A stretch of DNA of 64,000 nucleotides from an uncultured delta proteobacterium (GTDB lineage: Bacteria; Desulfobacterota; RBG-13-43-22). The stretch lies in the NCBI GenBank assembly GCA_963802945.1, contig CAWDKY010000014.1, forward strand, positions 96,001 through 160,000, in the 5' to 3' direction. The notes below the pieces were generated by a model. That model was not told the DNA's origin. It saw only the letters and a list, made by a program, of their open reading frames with translations, and searched no databases. Shown here piece by piece: positions 30,691 through 39,671 of this stretch (its first letter is position 1; each line of letters starts with the position of its first letter). A program made the position numbers and the translations under genes.

Positions 30691-31170
30691 TTAAATGAGT
30701 TTTTCTAGGTCGATATCTCTTTTAATATAGGATTCAAAATTTTTCAGCTCAGGAGTGTATCTTTGATTCATTAATGGAGAGGACATGATAAAATCCGCGG
30801 TTGCCCGGTTGCAGGCTATCGGCACATTGTAAAGGACGGCAATCCGCAATAACGCCTTCACGTCGACATCATGAGGATGAGGCTGCATCGGATCCCATAG
30901 AAATATGACCAGATCAATTTGGCCTTCCGTAATCAGTGCGCCCAACTGCTGGTCCCCGCCCAGCGGACCTGATTTCAATTTCTTTATGTGATAATCAACC
31001 GGTTCCCCCTCCAGCTTTGATTTAAGAGCTTCCTCAATCATTTTTCCTGTTGTCCCGGTACTAATCAGCTTGTGTTTTATTAAAGACCGGTAATTATATT
31101 CAAACCATTCGAGCAAATCCCTTTTACGGTTATCATGTGCGACGAGCGCGATATTTTTTATTTCTTCCAT
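30691..31170 (-). CDS. mgsA: Methylglyoxal synthase
   Basis: IALVAHD, STGTTG, SGPLGGDQQLGA, DPMQPHPHDVDVKALLR. Confidence 0.96.
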   Translation of the reverse strand: MEEIKNIALVAHDNRKRDLLEWFEYNYRSLIKHKLISTGTTGKMIEEALKSKLEGEPVDYHIKKLKSGPLGGDQQLGALITEGQIDLVIFLWDPMQPHPHDVDVKALLRIAVLYNVPIACNRATADFIMSSPLMNQRYTPELKNFESYIKRDIDLEKLI

Positions 31171-31347
31171 CTGCCCTCCTCAATAATATTCTTGTCTCAA
31201 AAAAAGATACAACAAAAAGAGAATAGTGGTCAAGGAAAAATCATTTTTGTGTGCAGGGGAAATTTGAAATACCAGAGGCAGCGGTCACCTTTTATACAGC
31301 CGGCCGCCATTCAGTCCGCAGTTCCCGGCTTCATTCGAGGAACGGAC

Positions 31348-31560
31348 TCAGGAGCAGCCCTTCTTTGAACTGGTTTGCGTTGAGCCATAGTCAAGTTTGA
31401 GCGGGGAGCCTTTGCCGAGATGTCGTTCAAAGATGTCGCCATAGTTGCCGACAGCCGCGAGAACTCGGCGCTGCCATCCCTTGTCCAGGCTCAACTCCTG
31501 CGCTGCGAACAGCATCGCTCCTGCGTCTCCTCCATACCAATGCGTTTCAGGCCTCTCCGC
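31348..31560 (-). pseudogene. C-terminal fragment of an AapJ/BztA-type amino-acid ABC transporter binding protein
   Basis: LDKGWQRRVLAAVGNYGDIFERHLGKGSPLKLD; no intact N-terminus. Confidence 0.6.
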
Positions 31561-31830
31561 GCTGGTTAGCGTATTCACAGTCCAGGCGACGACCGCTGGC
31601 GGACTCGATGGAAAAAGAGCCCTTGAGAATTCTATCCGTTCTTTCATACTGGAAAGCCTCAGACCCCTTTTGGACTTATCTTTTCGATTAGCTTTGAGGT
31701 TTCAGGATCGCCTTATTGTGTGGTTCTGAAAGAATCAAATCGAATTCTTCGGTTTTTAGGAGTTGTATGGCCTGCTGGAGTTGAACAGGGGAACGGATTA
31801 ATGTTCCCATTTTATTCAAAATAGGTTTTA

Positions 31831-31950
31831 GAAGAGTTCAGGAAGAAATCCTCAGGTTTTCTCAAACATGGCCGCACAGAACCGAATTCAACTCTTATCT
31901 ACTACTACACATTCGTGAACTGGATTTGAGGTGATGATTACGGGATGAAA
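31831..31950 (+). repeat. Repeat family R2 copy 2
   Basis: GAAGAGTTCAGGAAGAAATCCTCAGGTTTTCTCAAACATGGCCGCACAGAACCGAATTCAAC...GATGATTACGGGATGAAA. Confidence 0.65.
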
Positions 31951-32016
31951 GCAGCGTAATGTATTCAGCACAGACGAAAGCCAACAGGCTTTAGAAAATA
32001 GTTTGCGACTTTGTTA

Positions 32017-32949
32017 TTAATTAAACAGGCCATAAACGTTTTCTTCTGGTGGGGTACCTCTCTTTTCCAAAGAATACACAACCTTTTTGTAGTCGGGTTT
32101 ACCCTTTCGGTGTATAGAAATCAAAAACCGGAGTATATCTGTAGAGAATTTTCCTTCTACCGTCATTTGAGTCAAGACCTCAAGACAGGTGCGTAAATCA
32201 AAAGGTCGGTTGCGGTAGGGACGTGGCGAGATCAAGGCATCATAAACGTCACAAATGGCCACCATTTCCACAATAGGGCTGGAAATCGGAACTCCAAAGG
32301 GGTATCCGGAGCCGTCCAGCCGCTCGTGATGTTCCAGGGCTACCGTGGAGCCTAACAGATCCTTTTCCCCGTGAAAACAAGTGAGGAGAATGGCACCTGC
32401 CACCGTGTGATGACGAATACGTTGAAGTTCACTCCGGGTCAGCGGGGTCTTCTTTTGCAGGATTTCCATGGGTACATTGATCTTGCCAATATCATGGAGA
32501 GGTCCCATGACGGCAAAATGTCGTTCCCAATCCAGGAGGCGGATCAGTTCCATCGCCATGTAACCGGTAAGAACAAAAACATGAAGGGAATGCCAGTAGG
32601 TTGAGGGGTCTTTTTCTTTAAAAAAGTTCAGCCCATCTATTACGAAGGGAGAAAGCTGGGCATTTTTTAACATAGCTACCAATTTAGTTTTTACTTTAGT
32701 ATTTTTGAAAAGTTTCTGGTATGGCAAATCGGAAATGGCTTTGTTTAAGTCCGACCAGAGGGTGGGAAGGCCCTCGACAGGAATGAAAGGTTTGGGTTGG
32801 GAGGAAACCTCAATAATCTTCCAGAGAAATTGTTTGGAAAGCGGGGCACCCTTTCGGGCAATTAGATTACCCTTCAGATCCAACACCGGAAAAAGAAGAA
32901 TGTTATTTTTTTTCTTGGTTGAGGCAGTTAGAATTGGAAGCTTAGCCAT
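32017..32949 (-). CDS. HD-GYP domain phosphodiesterase
   Basis: TYWHS, LHDIGK, HHERLDGSGYP, DVYDALISPRPYR. Confidence 0.92.
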   Translation of the reverse strand: MAKLPILTASTKKKNNILLFPVLDLKGNLIARKGAPLSKQFLWKIIEVSSQPKPFIPVEGLPTLWSDLNKAISDLPYQKLFKNTKVKTKLVAMLKNAQLSPFVIDGLNFFKEKDPSTYWHSLHVFVLTGYMAMELIRLLDWERHFAVMGPLHDIGKINVPMEILQKKTPLTRSELQRIRHHTVAGAILLTCFHGEKDLLGSTVALEHHERLDGSGYPFGVPISSPIVEMVAICDVYDALISPRPYRNRPFDLRTCLEVLTQMTVEGKFSTDILRFLISIHRKGKPDYKKVVYSLEKRGTPPEENVYGLFN

Positions 32950-33031
32950 TTTTAATCCCCTTATGAGTAATATTATAAGTTTTGTTTGCGGTTAACCAAA
33001 TAAAAAGTGTACAAAAAACGATTTTAAAGAA

Positions 33032-33115
33032 CAAAAAACCCCATATCTCTGTTGAGAAATGGGGTCCGTTATTCATCCATCGACACTCCCTTGGTAAAAG
33101 GTTGCCACCAAGAAA
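33032..33115 (-). ncRNA. Unrecognised structured leader or sRNA motif (hairpin plus terminator), copy 1
   Basis: Minus strand TTTCTTGGTGGCAAC...GGAGTGTCGATGGATGAA...ACCCCATTTCTCAACAGAGATATGGGGTTTTTT; aligns without gaps to 45630-45713. Confidence 0.6.
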
Positions 33116-33255
33116 ACTTTGTTAAGTTACTAAGAATTTCGTACTATTTAATTGGTAAAAAGTCAATTAATTTCAATTTCCTTTAATCGACCACGATCCA
33201 TCCCATACCCCTGCCAATAGGGTAGAATCCTCTGATGCCGCCTTTTTTTGAAGAC

Positions 33256-33317
33256 TTCACCTACCAACTCTTCAAAAAATCTGGCCCAAAAAATTAATGA
33301 TTACGATGGAAATATGC
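33256..33317 (+). repeat. Repeat family R2 copy 3
   Basis: TTCACCTACCAACTCTTCAAAAAATCTGGCCCAAAAAATTAATGATTACGATGGAAATATG. Confidence 0.7.
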
Positions 33318-33544
33318 ATGGTGAGTTGAATAACTTTAATGCTGTTTGTTCCTCTTCTCCTCGTACATCAGGGTGTCTGCCTTAGCCATAAGTTCATCGA
33401 GAGAAAAGGGTTTTTGGGGGTCATAAGGTGCTATGCCTATGCTCAGTTCAGGGGGGTCAGGTCTATTTTCTTTGCATTCTGCTTTCTGTCTCCCGTCCCT
33501 CAGCTAAATTTTCAAACCCGTAAAAGTAAGCTCCGCCCCAATTG

Positions 33545-33640
33545 GATGGACTTGAAGTCGCAAATTGCGATATCAAGTTTCAAATTCCCTGAAATAAAAA
33601 ATCTTAAACGTTCGAAAAAAGAAATGTGTGTTCAGCTATC
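33545..33640 (+). pseudogene. Remnant of an ORF6N-like DNA-binding gene
   Basis: LKSQIAISS and NLKRSKKEMCVQL resemble the ORF6N motifs LRSQxxTSS and NxxRFPxDFMFQL. Confidence 0.4.
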
Positions 33641-33942
33641 CATTCAACCGGCAATCAGGCCCGGAAACTTACTTCAAAAAGCAAGGAAATGTTAACTTCA
33701 CAAATATGGGGGAAAGGCTTTAAAAAACGTTCGTCGTTCGTCGACAACTAAGCAAGTAAATCCTAAGAACACAACGATAATATTAAGAAAATAAAGAGAA
33801 AGAGGGGGGAAGTCAAGGGGAAAATAGGTCCAAGATTCGAAGGGGGCGGAGGGTGTCGAAGAAAATAGGGCTATGCGATGGACTTTAAAAATAGATTACC
33901 GTTTGTAAGGTAGCATAAAGAGCCAAAATTTAAAATCAACAT

Positions 33943-34019
33943 TTCAGGAAGGAGTGCGCAGGTTTCCTCAAAATTGGCCTCACACCACTGAATTCAACGA
34001 GTACACCTGTAAATCTTCA
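33943..34019 (+). repeat. Repeat family R2 copy 4
   Basis: TTCAGGAAGGAGTGCGCAGGTTTCCTCAAAATTGGCCTCACACCACTGAATTCAAC...CACCTGTAAATCTTCA. Confidence 0.7.
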
Positions 34020-34185
34020 GGACCGATGAATGCTGACAAGAAAGATTTGTGTTTAAAAGCAAGCAGAAAGTTTATATGAGAAGGTTTGGAAAATGAGGCA
34101 ACAAGACTGACAGCCAATTTAAGGGAGAGAAGATATTTTATTTCTGGTCATCTTTTGACCGGTAAATGATCGGGGTCATGGGCAT

Positions 34186-34554
34186 CTACTCTTGGTTAAT
34201 GTCCTTGAGAAACCTTCTGACAAGATTTTCAATAGCTTTTCCTTGTTTCTCTGTTAACCTAAGAAACTTTATGCCCAGTTGATAATTATAATCGTTTGTC
34301 CCTCTATTATATTTAGTAGCTCTTACTATTTGGCCTTTTAGGCTAATAATATCCGACGAATTTTTAAGACCGAAGGAAATCTCAATCTGTTTGTTAACTT
34401 GTACTGGAACAGGAGAGTAGCAGTAAATAAGGCACCCTCCTTTACTCAGATTTGTCATATAGCCTTCCTCTGATATCTTTCGCATATTGTAGAGGATAAC
34501 TCTCTGCAGTCCCCCTCTTTTGAATTCTCTTCGTTGTTCACTCTTTTGATTCAT
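34186..34554 (-). CDS. PilZ-domain protein
   Basis: QRREFKR (RxxxR) and NLSKGG (D/NxSxxG) motifs, LGIKF. Confidence 0.88.
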   Translation of the reverse strand: MNQKSEQRREFKRGGLQRVILYNMRKISEEGYMTNLSKGGCLIYCYSPVPVQVNKQIEISFGLKNSSDIISLKGQIVRATKYNRGTNDYNYQLGIKFLRLTEKQGKAIENLVRRFLKDINQE

Positions 34555-34600
34555 TAACCAACCCTATTGAACTCTTGTCTTTTTTCATGAAAGGAATTTT

Positions 34601-34728
34601 GAGGAGTTCAGAAAGGAGTATGCAAGTTTTCTCAAAATTGGCCCCCACGAACTAAATTAAAATCTTTCACCTACAAATGTTTTAAGAAGATAGACCAAAA
34701 AGTTGACGATTACTGTTTGAACTATGCA
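34601..34728 (+). repeat. Repeat family R2 copy 5 (longest)
   Basis: GAGGAGTTCAGAAAGGAGTATGCAAGTTTTCTCAAAATTGGCC...TTCACCTACAAATG...AAAAAGTTGACGATTAC...AACTATGCA. Confidence 0.7.
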
Positions 34729-34959
34729 ATCCGCCCCTCGATCAGATGAGGCGGCTCGTAGAGTATCTCCATAGATTATAAGGGAATTAGACATTTTGAT
34801 TTTATTTTTAACGAAGCCTCCGGGAGACGTTACTATAGAAGCCATAATATCGGACCATTTGTTCGCCCTGGTCGGGGATGTGGGAGGGCATGGCTGCCAG
34901 CCAATTCAAAGCGCCAAAAATTATTATTGATGGTAGGCCTTGAATCGGTAAGTAAGTTT

Positions 34960-35481
34960 TTACTTCACCACACCACAAGCTACTCTGGCGCCACCACCAC
35001 CAAGCATGGCCGGAATGTCGGAATAATTGTCCCCCCCCGCATGGATCATAAGGGATCTCTCCTTGATGTCTGCCACTCTGAGACGCGGAGCAAGCACTGG
35101 AAGGGTTGCCTTTCCATCAGCAGTTACATAGAGTGCGGGCAGATCGCCGAGATGTCCGTTACCATAGGGTCCTTCGTGTTTGCCCGTATGGGTAGGGTCG
35201 TAATGCCCGCCAGCTGCAAGCCCCGCAACTGGCTTCCCTTCCATCATGGCCTGGGAACAATCCGGCTTGGCATGCACGTGGAACCCGTGCAGACCGGCTG
35301 CAAGATCGCTTAACTGTGGTGTCAGGATAAGTCCATACTTGCTATCGGATGCCGTGACCGTGCCGATTTCCTTCCCCACTCCCTGTTCGGACACCAAAAA
35401 GACCTTAATAGTCAACTCCTCAGCAAAGACCAACCCTGAGAGTACAATAATACACGATAAGACAATTATAGTTTTTAACAT
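34960..35481 (-). CDS. sodC: Periplasmic Cu/Zn superoxide dismutase
   Basis: Signal peptide; [43 protein letters not shown]. Confidence 0.96.
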   Translation of the reverse strand: MLKTIIVLSCIIVLSGLVFAEELTIKVFLVSEQGVGKEIGTVTASDSKYGLILTPQLSDLAAGLHGFHVHAKPDCSQAMMEGKPVAGLAAGGHYDPTHTGKHEGPYGNGHLGDLPALYVTADGKATLPVLAPRLRVADIKERSLMIHAGGDNYSDIPAMLGGGGARVACGVVK

Positions 35482-35791
35482 TGCATTCTCCTCTCCAGTT
35501 TTGATGGTTTAAGTTTATCGCAATTGGGTGATAAGAGGTTACTTTTAGATAGTAAAGTATAAGGAAAGAAAAAGGTATGGTCAAGGAGAAAAGAAGCCGA
35601 ATTCCGGGGACGCTATACTAATTTCTTGTCACCTTAAATCCTCGATCCCTTATTTCTCATCAAGTTAGACCATGGACAACATAATCTTCTTGAATTAATA
35701 AAGGCATTTATTACAATGGGGTAACAGGCCATTATAGAAAACTTTTTCCCTTGCCGGTCAAAAACATCTAAGGGATGAAAGGAGTAAACGG

Positions 35792-36355
35792 ATGAAGAAA
35801 AAAAAATTGGATTATTTTGAGGCCCTGTACAATGTAGCCAAGGTCATTAACGCTACGCTGGAACTCCCCCAGGTTTTATCGGAAATTGTCCATTGTATAA
35901 CAGAAACGATGGGGGTCAAGGCCAGTTCCTTGCGTCTCTTGGACCCTCGAAAGAAGAAGCTGCTCATGGCCGCCACCCATGGTTTAACGGCCGGGTATAT
36001 TAGAAAAGGGCCGGTCCTGGTGGAAAAAAGCGGCTTGGATCGCAAGGCCCTGAAAGGGAAATCCATCTGGATTAAGGATGCTCAGACCGACAAAAACTTC
36101 CAATATGGGGGGCGGGCCAAAGAGGAAGGGATCAGGTCCGTATTGGTAGTTCCCCTGGGGATCGGGAAAAAAGTCATCGGGGTCATGAGGGTCTATACGG
36201 AAAAGGTCCATGAATTTAGCGCCCAGGATATTCAATTCCTGGAGGCTGTGGCCAGCTTAAGCACCTTAGCTATTGAAAATGCCCGACTCCATCAACATCT
36301 TAGAACCGAGTGCGATCTGCTTTCGGCCTACAAATACCGTCTGGACGACAATTAG
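35792..36355 (+). CDS. Stand-alone GAF-domain protein
   Basis: [39 protein letters not shown]. Confidence 0.85.
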   Translation: MKKKKLDYFEALYNVAKVINATLELPQVLSEIVHCITETMGVKASSLRLLDPRKKKLLMAATHGLTAGYIRKGPVLVEKSGLDRKALKGKSIWIKDAQTDKNFQYGGRAKEEGIRSVLVVPLGIGKKVIGVMRVYTEKVHEFSAQDIQFLEAVASLSTLAIENARLHQHLRTECDLLSAYKYRLDDN

Positions 36356-36369
36356 AAAGGAGAAAGCCG

Positions 36370-37380
36370 ATGATACGCATTGGGATAAATGGTTTTGGTC
36401 GAATTGGACGGCAAGTGTTGAAGGCCGTGCTGGAAAGATATCCGAAAACTCTGCAGGTCGTGGCGATTAATGATCTTTTTGATGCGGAAACCAACGCCCA
36501 TCTTTTCAAATACGATACCAACTACGGGAGATTTTCGGCCGATGTTGCCGTTGAAAAGGACCTTTTTTATATCAATAAAAATCCGATCAAATGCTTTGCT
36601 TTCCGTGATCCGGCGGCTATTCCCTGGGACGACGAAGGGGTGCAGATCGTCATTGAAAGTACGGGCTTATTTACCGCTGGCCCCAAGGCCGCAACCCATT
36701 TGGAAGCCGGGGCTAAAAAAGTCATTATCACCGCTCCGGCCACAGAAGTTGATCTGACCGTGGTTATGGGCGTCAACCAGGGGGTTTATGATCCTAAAAA
36801 ACATCATATTGTTTCCAATGCCTCCTGTACCACCAATTGTCTGGCCCCGCCGGCTTTGGTCATCCATCAGGCCTTCGGCATAGAAAAAGGGATGATGGTT
36901 ACCATCCATTCCTACACCAACGACCAGCGCATCCTGGATCTGCCTCATAAGGATCTGCGCCGGGCCCGGGCTGCCGGACAAAATATCATTCCCACCACCA
37001 CCGGCGCGGCCAGGGCTTTGTCATTGGTTATCCCCGACCTGGCCGGACGTCTTGACGGCTACTCTCTGCGAGTGCCTACCCCGACGGTTTCGGTGGTGGA
37101 CCTTACTGTGGCCTTGAAAAAAGAAACTCAGACTGAGGAATTTAAGGATGTATTAAAGAAAGCCGCTCAATCCGACTTAACGGGGATTATGGCCTGTGAA
37201 GAAGAACGACTGGTCTCCATGGATTTCAAAGGCGATGAGCATTCTTCTATTGTGGACTTGGAGTTCACCCAAGTGTTGCAGAAGAATATGGCCAAAGTCG
37301 TTGCCTGGTATGACAATGAATGGGGTTATTCCTGCCGGGTGGCCGACCTGGCGAATTTAATGGATCAGAAAGGGATATAG
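36370..37380 (+). CDS. gap: Type I glyceraldehyde-3-phosphate dehydrogenase
   Basis: [38 protein letters not shown]. Confidence 0.97.
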   Translation: MIRIGINGFGRIGRQVLKAVLERYPKTLQVVAINDLFDAETNAHLFKYDTNYGRFSADVAVEKDLFYINKNPIKCFAFRDPAAIPWDDEGVQIVIESTGLFTAGPKAATHLEAGAKKVIITAPATEVDLTVVMGVNQGVYDPKKHHIVSNASCTTNCLAPPALVIHQAFGIEKGMMVTIHSYTNDQRILDLPHKDLRRARAAGQNIIPTTTGAARALSLVIPDLAGRLDGYSLRVPTPTVSVVDLTVALKKETQTEEFKDVLKKAAQSDLTGIMACEEERLVSMDFKGDEHSSIVDLEFTQVLQKNMAKVVAWYDNEWGYSCRVADLANLMDQKGI

Positions 37381-37423
37381 GACTCAACTTAATATTGCTA
37401 TAAGTTCCCGGTCAGAAGAAAAA

Positions 37424-37473
37424 GGGTCAAACCTTGATTTGTGATTTCAAAGTAACTAGTCAAGGTTTGATCC
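37424..37473. repeat. GGGTCA...TGACCC-type inverted-repeat element
   Basis: GGGTCAAACCTTGA ... TCAAGGTTTGATCC between convergent genes. Confidence 0.6.
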
Positions 37474-37505
37474 TCATAAAAAATATTTGCCTAATATTAT
37501 CCGGA

Positions 37506-38624
37506 TTAATAATGTCGAAAGACCTCTACATCCGGCACCTCCATCGCTCCTTCCGGACACAGTTCAACACAACAATAACAGGCAATACAAGCGTCGTTGA
37601 TGGAAAATTCCGGTTCCAAAGTAATTGCCTCTGCCGGACAGTTAAGGGCGCAGTCACCGCAGGTAATGCATTTTCCCTCGTTCTTTTCCGGTTTAATTGT
37701 AATCCGAGTCTCCATCATCCTTTGGGGATAAAGTCTTCTAAACTCGGCCAGGACTTTTTCTTCCAGGTGCACGGCATAGAAGGTGGCCGGCATCTTGAAT
37801 CCAGGGATCGGCACCAATTCACCCAAAATTTCAGTCTCTTTTTCCTGCAAGGTGCCCAGACAACGGGCCTGGGCCTCTTTCTGTATTGGAAGCAAGGTCG
37901 GATCCACGCCCATCATCCGGGCCATAACACTGTCCAGGGCTAAAGGATCGTTGCTGGCCAGTAGTTTTCTCACCTCCCGTAGTTGTCCACCGTGGCAGGG
38001 GCCGTTACCTTCAATGGCCGTGATGGCATCCATAATATGCAAATCAGGCGGACGTACCTGGTGAATGTCACAAACGGTTTTGGCAAAGGTTTCTGCGCTC
38101 CGGGACTGGATATGAAGACGGGCCTTACAGGATCCGGCTATATAGCCGTAAACATTTTTTAAGGCCCCGGTGATCATCATTCCTGAATGGGTTTTAAAAA
38201 CCGGCAGGTTGATTATGTAGTCGGCCTCAAGAATGGCCCGGGAGATGATCAATTGAAACCCGGTCTGGCTGCCTCTTTTTTCTACGACTCGGTTTGATAG
38301 TGAGATAAAACATCCTTCTGAGGCATCCAATATACCGGTAATTTTGGCTACGTTGCGGGAACTGCGGTTAAGGCCTCCGGGATTGTCACCCACCCACACC
38401 TTTCCATTACGATCCAGACAGGAACGGACCACTTCCCTGACCAGTTCCGGGTGTGTTGTATGCCCAAGTTCGGGTACTGAAGGTCCCACCATGTTGGGTT
38501 TAATAAGGACCTTGGCCCCGGCGAAGGTGCGAGGTGCAAGGGTCGTCATAATATACTCGACCGACGGCCTCAGATCGTAACCCACCTTCTCAATCATTAC
38601 CCGGGAAACTTGTTTTTCAGACAT
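37506..38624 (-). CDS. DUF362 protein with C-terminal 2x[4Fe-4S] ferredoxin
   Basis: IKPN, THPELV, LPVFKTH, TGALKN, EGNGP, CITCGDCALNCP, CIACYCCVELCP. Confidence 0.88.
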   Translation of the reverse strand: MSEKQVSRVMIEKVGYDLRPSVEYIMTTLAPRTFAGAKVLIKPNMVGPSVPELGHTTHPELVREVVRSCLDRNGKVWVGDNPGGLNRSSRNVAKITGILDASEGCFISLSNRVVEKRGSQTGFQLIISRAILEADYIINLPVFKTHSGMMITGALKNVYGYIAGSCKARLHIQSRSAETFAKTVCDIHQVRPPDLHIMDAITAIEGNGPCHGGQLREVRKLLASNDPLALDSVMARMMGVDPTLLPIQKEAQARCLGTLQEKETEILGELVPIPGFKMPATFYAVHLEEKVLAEFRRLYPQRMMETRITIKPEKNEGKCITCGDCALNCPAEAITLEPEFSINDACIACYCCVELCPEGAMEVPDVEVFRHY

Positions 38625-38651
38625 TTATTCTGACCACCCTAATCGAAAACC

Positions 38652-39413
38652 TCAAGGGGTCACTGTTTGGCCGCCGCCGATAGTAATGGAATAGCCGGTC
38701 ATAAAGGAGGCTTCGTTGGAACACAGCCATAAGACAGCGCCGGCAATCTCCTCAGGCAATCCGAACCGGCCCATGGGCACTGTGGAAAGGTAAGCCTCTT
38801 TCATGGGCGGCCTGGCGGTAAACCCTTCCTCAAGCATGGGCGTCATGATCGGCCCGGGACAGACGGCGTTGATCCGGATGTTTTTAGTCGCATACTCGGC
38901 TGCTGTGGATTTGGTCAGGCCGATGACACCGTGCTTGCTGGCGCTGTAAATGGCGCTGCCCGGTGAACCGCTGATGCCTGCTGTAGAGGCCGTGTTGACT
39001 ATGGCTCCGCCTCCCTGCTGGAGCATTTGCTGTATCTCATATTTCATACAAAGCCAGACTCCCCTGAGATTGGTGTTGATGATCTGGTCCCAGGTCTCCA
39101 TAGTCTGTTTGACCAGACGATTCATGGGACCCCCTACTCCTGCATTGTTGAAGGCGTAATCGAGTTTCCCAAAACGATCAGCGATCTCTTTAAAAAGGTT
39201 TTCCACATCCGATGGGCTGGTGACATCGGTCTTAATGAAAACAGCTTCTCCGCCTTTTTGGGTAATCTCCCGGACTGCCGCTTGACCGAGATTTTCCCTT
39301 CGGGCGGCAATGACCACCTTGGCGCCGTCTCCGGCAAAGGCCAAGGCCGTGGCTCTGCCGATGCCTGAATTGCCACCGGTGATCAAGGCCACTTTATCTG
39401 CGAACCTTTTCAT
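38652..39413 (-). CDS. Short-chain dehydrogenase/reductase
   Basis: TGGNSGIG, FNNAG, YSASK, RINAVCPG. Confidence 0.93.
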   Translation of the reverse strand: MKRFADKVALITGGNSGIGRATALAFAGDGAKVVIAARRENLGQAAVREITQKGGEAVFIKTDVTSPSDVENLFKEIADRFGKLDYAFNNAGVGGPMNRLVKQTMETWDQIINTNLRGVWLCMKYEIQQMLQQGGGAIVNTASTAGISGSPGSAIYSASKHGVIGLTKSTAAEYATKNIRINAVCPGPIMTPMLEEGFTARPPMKEAYLSTVPMGRFGLPEEIAGAVLWLCSNEASFMTGYSITIGGGQTVTP

Positions 39414-39441
39414 GGGAGTTCCTCCTGTAAAAAGAATTTAA

Positions 39442-39566
39442 CAGGTTGTTGAAAAAGGCCCATCTACTGCGTTGCCATCATTCCTCGTCATTACGACGTA
39501 CTTCTATGTACGTCTCATTCCTCAGAATTTCTGGCGCCTTGTATCTGAACCTTTTTGAACAACCTG
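39442..39566. mobile_element. MITE-like non-autonomous element (copy 1)
   Basis: Terminal IR CAGGTTGTTGAAAAAGG / CCTTTTTGAACAACCTG; internal homology to 58681-58818. Confidence 0.8.
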
Positions 39567-39671
39567 TACTAAAGAGTTTTATTCATTCTGTTAATGACCA
39601 GTTGCTTTTGAATAAAAAGAATATAAAATAGAGAGGAAAAGAGAGTCAAGGGAAAAAGGAGGTAATAAAGC

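Noticed and set aside
33339-33695. 118-aa ORF as an intact gene
   Set aside because: Looks like a chimera of remnants (REP-like GGGGTCAGGTCT, ORF6N-like fragment) without a coherent domain or SD.
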